Below, piece by piece: positions 49,221-59,623 of a stretch of DNA of 64,000 bases; within the stretch, counting starts at the first letter, position 1, and the number at the start of each line of letters is the position of its first letter. The translations under genes and the position numbers were made by a program. Source of the stretch: a virus; the IMG/VR virus record IMGVR_UViG_3300025769_000069. One strand, 5' to 3'. The notes under the pieces are model-generated. The model was not told the origin of the DNA and made no database searches. It saw only the letters and a list, made by a program, of their open reading frames with translations.

Positions 49221-50944
49221 ATAAAGAATGTAAAATTGTTATGGTAGCCATGTTTAAGAACGAAGCACATGTTCTTCGAAACATGCTTGATTCTGTAGTT
49301 GGATATATTGATTATTATGTAATTCAAGATAATGGATCTACAGATGGTTCTCCTGATATTGTAAATGAATGGGCTGCTGAGAATAATATTCCAGGTGTTC
49401 TTTATAAAGTTGAAGAAGGCTGGAAAGGATTTGGCTGGAATAGAGATCATTTAATTCGTTATTGCCAAAATGAAGTCGATCATGGTTGTGATTGGATTCT
49501 TAAAATGGATTGCGATGAAACATTAGAAGTTTATGATGATTTTGATTGGTCCGTATTTAATGATAAAACAGTTCATGGATTTAATATTCCAGCAATTTCT
49601 GGTTCAGCTGTATATTATAGAACATGGTTATGGAATGCAAATATGCAATGGGCGTTTAACCACGATCCATGCCATGAAACCATTTATTGTTTAGATCCAG
49701 AAATTGACCATGAATATAATACTTATCCGCTTCAAATAGGGTTTAATCAAATTGGATCAAATTCTGGAATGTCTTGGTCAGTTCCAACTAAATTTATTTC
49801 AGATTCTCTTGTACTTGAAGAAAAACTTATTCGTGAGCAAAATCTTTTAGAAAATATGTATCACTTTTGGTATATTGGTAAAAGCTATAGAGATGCAATG
49901 GAATCATCTGCATTTCCATTAGAAAAAAGACATGCTGATGAATATGCTAGACGATCAATTTGGTATTTAAATGAATATATTACTAAAGTTTTTAAAGATA
50001 AAAATGGTAATGTAGGTGTGGATGAGATGTGCTATATGGCTGGCATCATGGCAGCTGAAGCATATATTTTTATGGGTAAAAATGAAGAAGCTATTACTAC
50101 ATTAAAACCATTAGAAAGATTTGCTCCTGGAAGAAACGATCATCTATGGATGCTAGTAAAATTATATAAAGAAACAAAACAATATGATAAAATGCTAGAA
50201 ACAACAACAGTGATGATGGATCCGGATCGCAAGTTTCCATTTCCTCAATACTGCAATTTTATTGATCGGCAGCATTATGTTGATGGAACCGGGGATGTAC
50301 AAAGGTTACATGGTGAAGCTTTACAATTAGTAGAATGGCATTCAACTGAAGAAAAAGAATCTAATAATATATTTTCAATTAATAAGATTCCAACAAAAAG
50401 AGTTTGGGTTGTAGATAATTTTTATGAAAATCCTTATGAAATTAGAGATTGGGCTCTTAATAATCTAACCTTTGAAGACGGATCTGAGTGGTACAAAGGA
50501 TATAGATCTTTAGAAAAATATAGACCAATAGAACTTAAACATAAATTTGAAAATATTATTGGAGAGAAAATTGTAGATTGGGAAGGTGGTATGAATGGAG
50601 TTTTCCAAGTAACTCGTGCTTCTGACCCACAAGTTTGGCATTTTGATGAACAGCGTTGGGCTGGTATGATTTACTTATCACCTGATGCACCATATGAGAG
50701 CGGAACTAGGCTTCATATTTCAAAGATAAATAATGCTAGACATAGTATAGAAGATGCTGATATTATCGACGGCGCATTTAATGGAAACTTTTTTGATTCA
50801 ACTAAGTTTCATAATGTTGATATAGTCGGCAACATTTTTAATCGCCTTGCTATCTTCGATGCAAGACATATCCATTCTGCTGGAGAGTATTTTGGATCTG
50901 ATTTAGAAGATGGTAGACTTACACACTTATTCTTTTTTGACTAA
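49217..50944 (+). CDS. GT2 glycosyltransferase, TPR-like region and C-terminal 2OG-dioxygenase-like domain
   Basis: KNEA, DNGSTDGS, GFGWNR, DCDE (DxD); helical middle; VVDNFYENP...HFD...YLSP...FNRL...HSA...RLT. Confidence 0.82.
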   Translation: MNKECKIVMVAMFKNEAHVLRNMLDSVVGYIDYYVIQDNGSTDGSPDIVNEWAAENNIPGVLYKVEEGWKGFGWNRDHLIRYCQNEVDHGCDWILKMDCDETLEVYDDFDWSVFNDKTVHGFNIPAISGSAVYYRTWLWNANMQWAFNHDPCHETIYCLDPEIDHEYNTYPLQIGFNQIGSNSGMSWSVPTKFISDSLVLEEKLIREQNLLENMYHFWYIGKSYRDAMESSAFPLEKRHADEYARRSIWYLNEYITKVFKDKNGNVGVDEMCYMAGIMAAEAYIFMGKNEEAITTLKPLERFAPGRNDHLWMLVKLYKETKQYDKMLETTTVMMDPDRKFPFPQYCNFIDRQHYVDGTGDVQRLHGEALQLVEWHSTEEKESNNIFSINKIPTKRVWVVDNFYENPYEIRDWALNNLTFEDGSEWYKGYRSLEKYRPIELKHKFENIIGEKIVDWEGGMNGVFQVTRASDPQVWHFDEQRWAGMIYLSPDAPYESGTRLHISKINNARHSIEDADIIDGAFNGNFFDSTKFHNVDIVGNIFNRLAIFDARHIHSAGEYFGSDLEDGRLTHLFFFD

Positions 50945-50946
50945 AC

Positions 50947-51678
50947 ATGATAAACAATCAAATCCTTTCAGTACTAGACACATCGATTGCCTCTTATAGA
51001 GAAGCATACCCCTTTCCTCATACCATATTAGATAATTTCTTAGATCCTTGGATCCTAAAACAAGCTATACCTGAAATAGAAAACTATCAACACTGGAGAC
51101 AAGATAACACAGAATGGGTAGAAGACTATCAAATTTTAAAACAATACGCTCCTGATGTGGTAGCAGTTCCAGATGATGTGGAAATCTTAGGTAAGTATGC
51201 TCCAAAAACAAAACTTATTTTAGATTATATGTATTCTGAAACAGTAATAAACTTTCTTCAAGATTTAACTGGTATTCAAGGATTATTACCCGATGAAAAC
51301 TGGTTAGGCGCAGGAATACATAAAATTTCAAGAGGTGGGAAGTTAGGTATCCATGCAGATTTTAATGTAAATTTTGTTAACAACCTTCATCGTAGAATTA
51401 ATGTTTTGATTTATTTAAATGAAGATTGGAATCCAGAATGGAATGGACACCTTGAATTATGGGATAAAGATTTATCAAAATGTTGTGTTAAAGTAGAACC
51501 TATTTTTAATAGAGCAGTAATATTTAATATCACAGACGACGCATTTCATGGACATCCAGAGCCTCTCCAGTGTCCTGAAACTGTATCCAGATATTCACTT
51601 GCATTATACTATTATACGCAAGATAGACCAGAAGAAGAAAAATCAGATCCACATGCGGTTATTTGGTACGACACGTAA
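50947..51678 (+). CDS. 2OG-Fe(II) dioxygenase (paralogue of 48486)
   Basis: PFPH, GAGIH, IHADFN, RRIN..IYLN, FNRAVIF, FHGHP, RYSLALYYY. Confidence 0.9.
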   Translation: MINNQILSVLDTSIASYREAYPFPHTILDNFLDPWILKQAIPEIENYQHWRQDNTEWVEDYQILKQYAPDVVAVPDDVEILGKYAPKTKLILDYMYSETVINFLQDLTGIQGLLPDENWLGAGIHKISRGGKLGIHADFNVNFVNNLHRRINVLIYLNEDWNPEWNGHLELWDKDLSKCCVKVEPIFNRAVIFNITDDAFHGHPEPLQCPETVSRYSLALYYYTQDRPEEEKSDPHAVIWYDT

Positions 51679-51685
51679 TTTAGTG

Positions 51686-51714
51686 GTTTACATTCCAGAA
51701 AAACAGTATATAAT
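51686..51714 (+). promoter_or_regulatory. Sigma70-type promoter inside the late region
   Basis: GTTTACA (51686-51692), 16 bp, TATAAT (51709-51714), intergenic. Confidence 0.6.
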
Positions 51715-51749
51715 AAAAGTATAGACTTTTCAAACCAGGATAGTATATT

Positions 51750-53012
51750 ATGAAATTTAGTATTATTACACCTGAACATGATCCAGGAAATATTCCTTTT
51801 CTTTTAGAATTATTTGATTGTGTTCTTAATCAAACATACAAAGATTGGGAATGGATTTTATATTTAAATAATAAAATTCAAGTTGAGCATATTCCGGATC
51901 AAATTAAAAATCATCCTCAAGTAATTGTATTTAGGACTCATGATACTGATACAAATATTGGTGCAATCAAAAACGCAGCATTTAGTATTGGCACTGGCGA
52001 TGTTTTAGTAGAAGTAGATCATGATGATTTAATTACTCCAGATTGTTTGGAAGAATTAAAAAAAGCATATGAATCTGATCCAGAAGTTGGATTCGTATAC
52101 AGTGATAATGCTGTATTACAAATGGAAGGCGAGTTTATTCCATATGATTCATCCGGCGGCTGGACATGGCGTGAATTTGAATGGAAAGGCCAGACTTTGC
52201 CAGCAATGCATAGTTTTGAACCAACCGCTCAAGCTTTAAGCTACATATGGTATGCTCCAGACCATGTTCGTTCTTGGAGAAAAGAAGTCTATATTGAAGT
52301 TGGTGGACATAATCCCGAGCTTTCTATTTGCGATGACCATGAACTTATGATGCGCACATATCTCATTACTAAAATGAAACGTGTACCAAAAGTCCTTTAC
52401 ATTTACAGAATTACTGGTAATAATACATGGTTAGAGCGTAATGAAGCAATTCAAGTAAAAACTGTAGATCTATTTAGAGAATATGGCCAAAGGCTAGCAG
52501 AAAGAGATGCTCAGCATCGAGGATTATTATGTGTAGATATTGGTGGAGGTTTAAATCCATATCCTGGTTATCATACTGTAGATATTCGTGAAACAGCAGA
52601 TACAGTAGCTGATTTAAATAATGGAATCCCATTACCTGATAATAGTGTTGGTGTGTTAAATGCAAGTCATATATTAGAACACTTAGAAGATAAAACAAAA
52701 ATCATGGGTGAAATTCATAGAGTATTAGCTCATGGTGGTTGGGCCTTTATTGAAGTTCCAAGTACAGATGGACGAGGAGCATTTCAAGATCCAACACATG
52801 TAAGTTATTGGAATGAAAATAGCTTCTTATATTATACAGATAAATACTTAGGAGATTTTATAGATAATGATTCAATTCGTTTTCAAGAATTTCGTAAAGA
52901 AACATATTATCCAAATGAATGGATGCAAAATTTACAAGTGTTGGTCACAACCGCATGGCTAACAGCAGTAAAACAAGATGAACCGCGATACCCGCATGTT
53001 TTGAATATTTAA
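51750..53012 (+). CDS. GT2 glycosyltransferase fused to class I SAM methyltransferase-like domain
   Basis: FSIITP, QTYKDWEW, EVDHDD, DDHEL; then DIGGG, SHILEH, EIHRVLAHGG, DPTH. Confidence 0.85.
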   Translation: MKFSIITPEHDPGNIPFLLELFDCVLNQTYKDWEWILYLNNKIQVEHIPDQIKNHPQVIVFRTHDTDTNIGAIKNAAFSIGTGDVLVEVDHDDLITPDCLEELKKAYESDPEVGFVYSDNAVLQMEGEFIPYDSSGGWTWREFEWKGQTLPAMHSFEPTAQALSYIWYAPDHVRSWRKEVYIEVGGHNPELSICDDHELMMRTYLITKMKRVPKVLYIYRITGNNTWLERNEAIQVKTVDLFREYGQRLAERDAQHRGLLCVDIGGGLNPYPGYHTVDIRETADTVADLNNGIPLPDNSVGVLNASHILEHLEDKTKIMGEIHRVLAHGGWAFIEVPSTDGRGAFQDPTHVSYWNENSFLYYTDKYLGDFIDNDSIRFQEFRKETYYPNEWMQNLQVLVTTAWLTAVKQDEPRYPHVLNI

Positions 53013-53023
53013 AAGGTGAATGA

Positions 53024-54046
53024 ATGAAAAGAATTTTAATTACTGGTGGTGCTGGTTTTATTGCCCATCATCTAATTGGTCAAGTACTTAAAAGAACTGA
53101 TTGGGAAATTGTTACTCTAGATCGTCTAGATTATAGTGGTAACTTAAACCGCTTGCACGATTTATTGCAAGATTATACTCCAGCAGAACGTAAAAGAGTT
53201 CGCACAATTTACCACGATTTTAAAGCTGAAATTAACCCAATGCTTAAATCTGACATTGGTAAAATTGACATCGTTGCTCATTTAGCCGCTGGTTCTCATG
53301 TTGATAGATCCATTGAGAGACCAATGGAATTTGTTATGGATAATGTTGTTGGCACATGTAATGTATTGGAATTTGCCAAACAGCAAGATAATTTAGAACG
53401 CTTTTTATATTTCTCAACTGATGAAGTATTTGGGCCCGCCCCTGATGGAATTAAATATGATGAGTATGATCGTTATAATTGTACTAATCCATATTCCGCA
53501 TCAAAAGCTGGTGGTGAAGAACTAGCAGTCGCTTATCAAAATACTTATAGCATGCCTATATACATTACACACACAATGAATGTATTTGGACAAAGACAAC
53601 ATCCAGAAAAGTTTATTCCTCTTTGTATTAAAAAAGCGAGAGATGGAGAAACAGTAACAATTCACAGTGATGCATCTAAAACTATACCAGGATCGCGCCA
53701 TTATATTCACGCAGAAGATGTAGCTGATGCTACTTTATTCTTACTAGAAAATAAGAATACTTTAGATATGACAAACAACTCTGGCATTAAATGCCCTAAG
53801 TTTAACATCTGTGGAGCTACAGAAATAAATAACCTAGAATTAGCACAAATGATTGCTGATGCTCAAGGAAAGGAATTATATTATGAATTTATGGATTTCC
53901 ATTCTAGCCGTCCTGGCCATGATCTTCGTTATGCTCTTAGTGGGGATCGTATGGCGCGGATGGGTTGGAGTCCAAAAAGAGTTGAACGAAGAATTGAAGA
54001 AGTTGTGCGATGGACTTTAGAAAATGATAGATGGTTAATGATTTAA
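53024..54046 (+). CDS. rmlB: dTDP-glucose 4,6-dehydratase (RmlB-like)
   Basis: ITGGAGFI, AAGSHVDRSI, STDEVFG, YSASK, QHPEKFIP, RPGHDLRY. Confidence 0.9.
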   Translation: MKRILITGGAGFIAHHLIGQVLKRTDWEIVTLDRLDYSGNLNRLHDLLQDYTPAERKRVRTIYHDFKAEINPMLKSDIGKIDIVAHLAAGSHVDRSIERPMEFVMDNVVGTCNVLEFAKQQDNLERFLYFSTDEVFGPAPDGIKYDEYDRYNCTNPYSASKAGGEELAVAYQNTYSMPIYITHTMNVFGQRQHPEKFIPLCIKKARDGETVTIHSDASKTIPGSRHYIHAEDVADATLFLLENKNTLDMTNNSGIKCPKFNICGATEINNLELAQMIADAQGKELYYEFMDFHSSRPGHDLRYALSGDRMARMGWSPKRVERRIEEVVRWTLENDRWLMI

Positions 54047-54058
54047 AGGAATAAGATA

Positions 54059-55468
54059 ATGTTGAATTTAGGAAAACTACCAGCATCAGTTGAACAACAA
54101 CGGATGACACACAAAGAAAATATTGAGAAACAATCGGCAACAAGCGCGCCACTAGAAGCGCGATCAGAACGTCAAGTTCAAGGTGCGCTGACTCCAAAAG
54201 AAATTTTTGAACGACATGGAATGTGTGTAATTACAGAAGTTGTTAATGAAGAAGAATGTAAAAAACTTTCAAAGCACATGTTCGATTTATTTGAACAAGG
54301 AAAATTAAGTAAAGATCCTCAGTGCCCTCTTTCTGATTCAATATATGGTGATCCAATTTGGGATAAGATGCTAGAAGATTTTGCAAAACCAATCGGAGAA
54401 TATATTGGTTATGAACTTCTTCCAACATACACATATGCTAGAATTTATAGAAAAGGTGAAGAATTAAAAATTCATAAAGATCGTCCTTCATGCGAAATCA
54501 GCGCTACGATGACGATTGATTTCGCTGATTATCCAATTTGGCCAATTCATATGGGCAGTGAACGTAATGTCATCATAGATAGAGGTGATATGATTGTTTA
54601 TAAAGGATGCGAATTGGATCACTGGAGAGATCCATTTAAAGGCGAATGGCAAGTTCAAGTATTTTTCCATTATGTTGATGCAAATGGACCCCATAAAGAT
54701 CTGCATAAAGATGGAAGAAATAATTTAGGTGAAAAGAAAGAAAATCCGGCAGAAAGACCTGAACCTGATATTTTCAAAGATTTAAGAGGATATGCTAATC
54801 AGCAGCTTATGACATTTGGAAATCTTCATCATAACGGTTTTACTGTTTTAAATTCTCATGATTATGATGTTCCTGGTTATATGGGAATTGAGCCAGATGA
54901 AACAAATCATGATTTTACACTTACACCTGAAGATTGTAAACTTTTAATAGATGAAATTGTTAATAAACAATATGCTGTAGATGCCGGCGTTGGATCCAAT
55001 ATGACGGGTTCTTCAGTTACAAAAGAAATTAGAAGTTGTAAAATATATGCTATTCCAAAAGACGAAAGATTTATTCATATCTATAACAAAATTATTTCTT
55101 CGGTTTCTATAGCAAATAAGTTTTATTATGACTTCGAATTAACTGGATTCTTAGGAGAACTTCAATTACTAGAATATAAACATGATGAAAACTCTAGCGT
55201 TCCAGATCATTATAATTGGCATGCTGATTGTGGCCCTGGTGAATCTGCAACTAGAAAACTATCCGTAGTTGTACAATTAACAGATCCTTCAGAGTATGAA
55301 GGGTGCGAACTTGTTATAAATAACAATGGAATGGAACTGGAAGCTTCCAAAAAGCAAGGGACAATTAATATGTTTCCAAGCTACTCTATACACACAGTGA
55401 AACCTATAACAAAAGGAACAAGACATTGTATAGTTGTTTGGATTCATGGAAACAAACGTTTTAGATAA
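54059..55468 (+). CDS. Tandem double 2OG-Fe(II) dioxygenase
   Basis: Domain 1 PTYTYARIY..HKDRPSCE..HWR; domain 2 WHAD..RKLS..FPSY..HTVKPITKGTR. Confidence 0.88.
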   Translation: MLNLGKLPASVEQQRMTHKENIEKQSATSAPLEARSERQVQGALTPKEIFERHGMCVITEVVNEEECKKLSKHMFDLFEQGKLSKDPQCPLSDSIYGDPIWDKMLEDFAKPIGEYIGYELLPTYTYARIYRKGEELKIHKDRPSCEISATMTIDFADYPIWPIHMGSERNVIIDRGDMIVYKGCELDHWRDPFKGEWQVQVFFHYVDANGPHKDLHKDGRNNLGEKKENPAERPEPDIFKDLRGYANQQLMTFGNLHHNGFTVLNSHDYDVPGYMGIEPDETNHDFTLTPEDCKLLIDEIVNKQYAVDAGVGSNMTGSSVTKEIRSCKIYAIPKDERFIHIYNKIISSVSIANKFYYDFELTGFLGELQLLEYKHDENSSVPDHYNWHADCGPGESATRKLSVVVQLTDPSEYEGCELVINNNGMELEASKKQGTINMFPSYSIHTVKPITKGTRHCIVVWIHGNKRFR

Positions 55469-55482
55469 ATGAAGGGTTTATA

Positions 55483-56439
55483 ATGGCAAAGAAAGCGAAA
55501 AATGAACTGGCAGAAGCGACAACTCCTGCAATGACAATAATTGATAAAGTAGATCAATTTTTGGCATCTAAAGATTATGACAATTTCACCGTACCATTAG
55601 ATGAAGTAATTGGTGGAAAATTTTTAGAAAATCAAGAAAGCTTTGGAGGAAAAACTTTAGCTGAAAATGCTGTAATATGTCAACAAACAATGGACATTGC
55701 ATCTGATCTTCATGAGATTTGGAATCATGGCCATACTCAATTTGCATGGAAACATATTAATTTTTCAGCGCTTGATGACGTTATTAATATGAGACAAATA
55801 TCTGCAGAACTTAGTAACAAAGCAAGTATCTTAAATGGTGCTAAATGGGGCGCTATTGAAACTCAAGTTAAAATTGCTGAATTAGAGTGGAGGCTATCTC
55901 AACTTGATGAAACAAAAAATGAAATGCACAGATTTAAAAAAATGAAAATTATCATGTCTTTGGCTCAAATGAGAGAAAGTGCTGAGGAAAACAAAAGAAT
56001 GCTAGAAGGCACTATGAAAGATATGATTGCTCTAAAAGATTCATATGATCAATTAAATCAAAGGGTTTCGGATATTAGTGAATATGATGTTGAAAAAAAT
56101 CAACCATACCAGCACATGGTGAAATCAATTAATCAGTGTATAAGAGACGTAAGACAATATGGTATGATTTCTAAAGGTGAGCAAGAGTATGCTGAACAAA
56201 TTGGAATAAACCCATCAAAATTGTTAATGGCAATTAAAAATTATTTAGAAAAAGAAGCTATATCAGAATCATGGGACACCAGAGAGCTTAAAATATTTGT
56301 CACTTCATTAGCAAAAGAATTGGCAGAAAATCTTAAAGTTAGTGAAATTAGATCTGAAATGGCCGGATTTAGAGATGAACCAATCGAAGGAGCTTCTTCA
56401 ATTAAAAAAGTAGCACGTTTAGAAAAATCTGAGGAGTAA
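55483..56439 (+). CDS. Coiled-coil hypothetical protein
   Basis: 318 aa, helical and charged; operon context. Confidence 0.75.
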   Translation: MAKKAKNELAEATTPAMTIIDKVDQFLASKDYDNFTVPLDEVIGGKFLENQESFGGKTLAENAVICQQTMDIASDLHEIWNHGHTQFAWKHINFSALDDVINMRQISAELSNKASILNGAKWGAIETQVKIAELEWRLSQLDETKNEMHRFKKMKIIMSLAQMRESAEENKRMLEGTMKDMIALKDSYDQLNQRVSDISEYDVEKNQPYQHMVKSINQCIRDVRQYGMISKGEQEYAEQIGINPSKLLMAIKNYLEKEAISESWDTRELKIFVTSLAKELAENLKVSEIRSEMAGFRDEPIEGASSIKKVARLEKSEE

Positions 56440-56443
56440 ACAA

Positions 56444-56836
56444 ATGGGTCGTTTAGTGGAATATAGAAATCATAGGAATCCATTAGATAAATCTCCTATT
56501 GAGCCGGGATTTATTTCACTTGGCGGTTTAGATCATAATGATTCAGATATGACTTATGTTGGATGGATTAGTGAAATTTTTCTCACTGAAACCTATGTTC
56601 CAGATGGTATTGTATTTTTAGATAGCGCATCATACATTGCTAGATCACTGCAATTAAAGGAAAGTATGCCTAGTGCTTTCATATTCCTTGATAGCGCCGA
56701 TCAGCCTTGGGGATATGACGCAGATGGTTATCCACTAAAGATGAGTGATGATTCATGCGCAGCTGTTGCAATTGAAACTTATAATCATTATGTTTCAACT
56801 TATACTCAAATGGAAGCAGAAGGAACTCTTAGATAA
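56444..56836 (+). CDS. Acidic hypothetical protein
   Basis: GAGGAG RBS; TAATG coupling downstream; four DS motifs. Confidence 0.7.
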   Translation: MGRLVEYRNHRNPLDKSPIEPGFISLGGLDHNDSDMTYVGWISEIFLTETYVPDGIVFLDSASYIARSLQLKESMPSAFIFLDSADQPWGYDADGYPLKMSDDSCAAVAIETYNHYVSTYTQMEAEGTLR

Positions 56837-58308
56837 TGCCTATTATAATGACAGGAAATTCTGTTGTATTTTATGGTGGAGTCCCTTCAGCTCCACCTGA
56901 TACAGCTCCTGTGGCGCCAACTGTATATGGCCCTACTGTTACTCCAACAGTGCCTGCAGCAAGTGTTGGAATTAAAGGCCGTGCCAACGATCAAGCAGAA
57001 ATTAAGATGACTTCCTTTGGCCCATATGGATGGGAGATAGGTCCTGGTTATTTAAATGCAGATTTGAAATTGACAGTTGGAGATGAGCCCTGGGAAATTG
57101 GCAGTGAAAGATTGTATACAATGGCAGGGTTACAATCTCCGCAGGTTCCCTCAGCACTTGTAACCGGCACATACGCCGGTGATGCTGTTGATTTTAATCC
57201 TTTTGCTGTTCCATCTGTTCCTTCAGTTCTTATAGGATCTTTATCAGGGTCTAATATGCCAAGTGGTGTGGACACTTGGTCAGACGGTAGATTTGCATAT
57301 TTGCAAACGATTGGTGGTGGGGTTCCATTTTATCCCTATTATAATCCAGCCTATATCACCCTCCGTGGTGCGAGAATGCCTTATGCTTTAACTACACCAG
57401 CACCATCGTCGACAGCAAATATCGTTTCACAAGATATTAACCCCGCACCGATATTCCTCGCTGGTGGGTATCTAGCACAAAGCTATGGCGCAACAAGAGT
57501 TGCTTCTGCTCCAAGCAATGCATATTCCACCACTCTGAATTTTAAAATTCCAAGGTCTCCTGGAACACCGTGGGCAACCGCATGGAACGGATCTATGGAA
57601 GCCAGCCGGGTAAAATTTCCATACGCTGGTCAAGTATCAGTAGCGATACCTGTCGCTCCATTAGCACCATATGGCGCCCCAGCATATAGCGCGTATAGAA
57701 CTACTAGTCGAGCCGACCATACTAGATATACTAATAATGGTCATATACATACAGGCCCACGCCAAACGGAATACGGCAACACCGGAGGCACTTTAAAATT
57801 TAATAGGTACTCAACTGCGTCAGAAACTGATTGGGAAACTACAGCAACAATTAGTTTAGGTAGCCAGCCACATAATATTTGGACAACTCCAACTTATGCT
57901 AACACTCCATACCAACCATATACAGGAGGCAACTACGGCCATGTCGACGGTGGATTTACTGTAGAATCACCTACTCAAGGTCTTGTTGCGGGCCAAAGTA
58001 GGGTTGCTCCATTCAACCCCTCTACTGGGAGCCTGTTTTGGAAACATATTGGGTGGCCTGGTGCTAGTGGTACAAGTATTACTGGACTTAGATTTTCTAT
58101 TGGTTGGAATCCTCTTACGATGTTAAGCCCCATAAATAAAACAGAATCAAGTGAGGATGCTATGTGGTTCTCTTTTAGTTATAGTAATAATGGTTATGGG
58201 CTTTATAGAATTCCCTATGCAGCATCACCAGACATTTATGTCAATCATACACCTCAAGGGATCGGCTATCGCAGACCTAAAAAAAGCGGCGGGTCGGTTG
58301 TAGTATAA
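56836..58308 (+). CDS. Pro-rich putative beta-propeller virion protein
   Basis: Recurring (F/M/I)P(F/Y)A blade-like motifs; N-terminus MPII. Confidence 0.6.
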   Translation: MPIIMTGNSVVFYGGVPSAPPDTAPVAPTVYGPTVTPTVPAASVGIKGRANDQAEIKMTSFGPYGWEIGPGYLNADLKLTVGDEPWEIGSERLYTMAGLQSPQVPSALVTGTYAGDAVDFNPFAVPSVPSVLIGSLSGSNMPSGVDTWSDGRFAYLQTIGGGVPFYPYYNPAYITLRGARMPYALTTPAPSSTANIVSQDINPAPIFLAGGYLAQSYGATRVASAPSNAYSTTLNFKIPRSPGTPWATAWNGSMEASRVKFPYAGQVSVAIPVAPLAPYGAPAYSAYRTTSRADHTRYTNNGHIHTGPRQTEYGNTGGTLKFNRYSTASETDWETTATISLGSQPHNIWTTPTYANTPYQPYTGGNYGHVDGGFTVESPTQGLVAGQSRVAPFNPSTGSLFWKHIGWPGASGTSITGLRFSIGWNPLTMLSPINKTESSEDAMWFSFSYSNNGYGLYRIPYAASPDIYVNHTPQGIGYRRPKKSGGSVVV

Positions 58309-58322
58309 TATGAGGAAAAATA

Positions 58323-59615
58323 ATGCCAATTAAAATTTCATCAACTGCGAATACAGCAACAATAGAAAATACAGAAGGCACTTCTATTGTCTTTGAATCC
58401 AATAAAATATCAACCGGTGGGGGCTTATTCGTTGATGTTGACCCATCAGCTTTGTCACCTGCGAACATAATTTCGTTTCCCGGACCTGTCAGCGTTAACG
58501 TATCTACTTCTCCCGCTCCCTATCTTGACCCTACAATCCCAGCCCCAAGCAACTATACTATTCCTTCTCCTGCTCCAGTCGTCGCGGCTGGTTACCCACA
58601 ATCGATAATTGAGGGCTATCCAGGATCGTTCTATATAAACGTAAGTGGGGATGCTGCTGGGGTAGAAGTTCCATATAGTTTTACTGGACCAGCTGCGAAC
58701 ACAAATGATCTCTACTTTCCACAACATCCTGCTCCCACGCAAGGAGACTTTATTAGTGGGTCTATAACTTCACCCGGTATCCTTTATTGGTCGCACGCCG
58801 CGGATCAAACAACAGAAACTTATCCAGAGTATTATGAAATAAATCTTCCAAGTTTCTTGTACCCGGCCGGAACCATTCACGTAGAACTTGCTGAAGGTTC
58901 TTACACGCCGCAACCGATTGGATCAACTCCACCATATAAAGTTGGTGGACAATTTTTATCAGGCACATACGATTATCGCGCTCCTGGATATTATGGCATA
59001 CTTGGTTCAGGCCCTCTGGCTAAAGGAGTAAGATTTGCTTTTCCTCAACCAGAATTAATTGCTGGAGGATTCTCTCCAGGTAGTCCAGTTACTTTAAACT
59101 CTGCAACAGTATACATATACAAGAATACCGAGACGGCTGCTACTACATACACTAATTATCAGCTAGCAATAGGTCATCATCCTCAAAATAATTGGCCAAG
59201 AACTAATAGTCTTATCTTTGGATCCACGCCAACTATTCCTCAAGGAGCGACTCAAACAGTAGTATATGGACCAACTCCCCTAGTAGTACCAACAACCGCA
59301 TTGGGTGCATTTACTATTCCTTTTAGTACTCCATTTACTTATCCAGGAACTGGGAGTATTCAAATTACTGCTATTAGCCAAAACTCACCATATAAAGCGC
59401 ATAATATCTTAGTCAAAGAATTGAAGGTACCAACAGGATTAGCGCCCAGTCCCACTGCAATTGCGGCTGAGTGGGGCCCTCCTGCTCCTTCAACGTATCC
59501 AAACAACCAGAGTTATGTTTTTGTTTATCCTGGCAATTCAAATTCATTAACTCCGACAAGTTTCTTTCCAAATATTCAATATGCTAGACCAGTCATTCAT
59601 TTTAATACTACATAG
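58323..59615 (+). CDS. Pro-rich putative virion protein
   Basis: N-terminus MPIK; ADQTTE..E motif; FSTPFTY.G.GSI motif. Confidence 0.6.
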   Translation: MPIKISSTANTATIENTEGTSIVFESNKISTGGGLFVDVDPSALSPANIISFPGPVSVNVSTSPAPYLDPTIPAPSNYTIPSPAPVVAAGYPQSIIEGYPGSFYINVSGDAAGVEVPYSFTGPAANTNDLYFPQHPAPTQGDFISGSITSPGILYWSHAADQTTETYPEYYEINLPSFLYPAGTIHVELAEGSYTPQPIGSTPPYKVGGQFLSGTYDYRAPGYYGILGSGPLAKGVRFAFPQPELIAGGFSPGSPVTLNSATVYIYKNTETAATTYTNYQLAIGHHPQNNWPRTNSLIFGSTPTIPQGATQTVVYGPTPLVVPTTALGAFTIPFSTPFTYPGTGSIQITAISQNSPYKAHNILVKELKVPTGLAPSPTAIAAEWGPPAPSTYPNNQSYVFVYPGNSNSLTPTSFFPNIQYARPVIHFNTT

Positions 59616-59623
59616 AGAATAAA

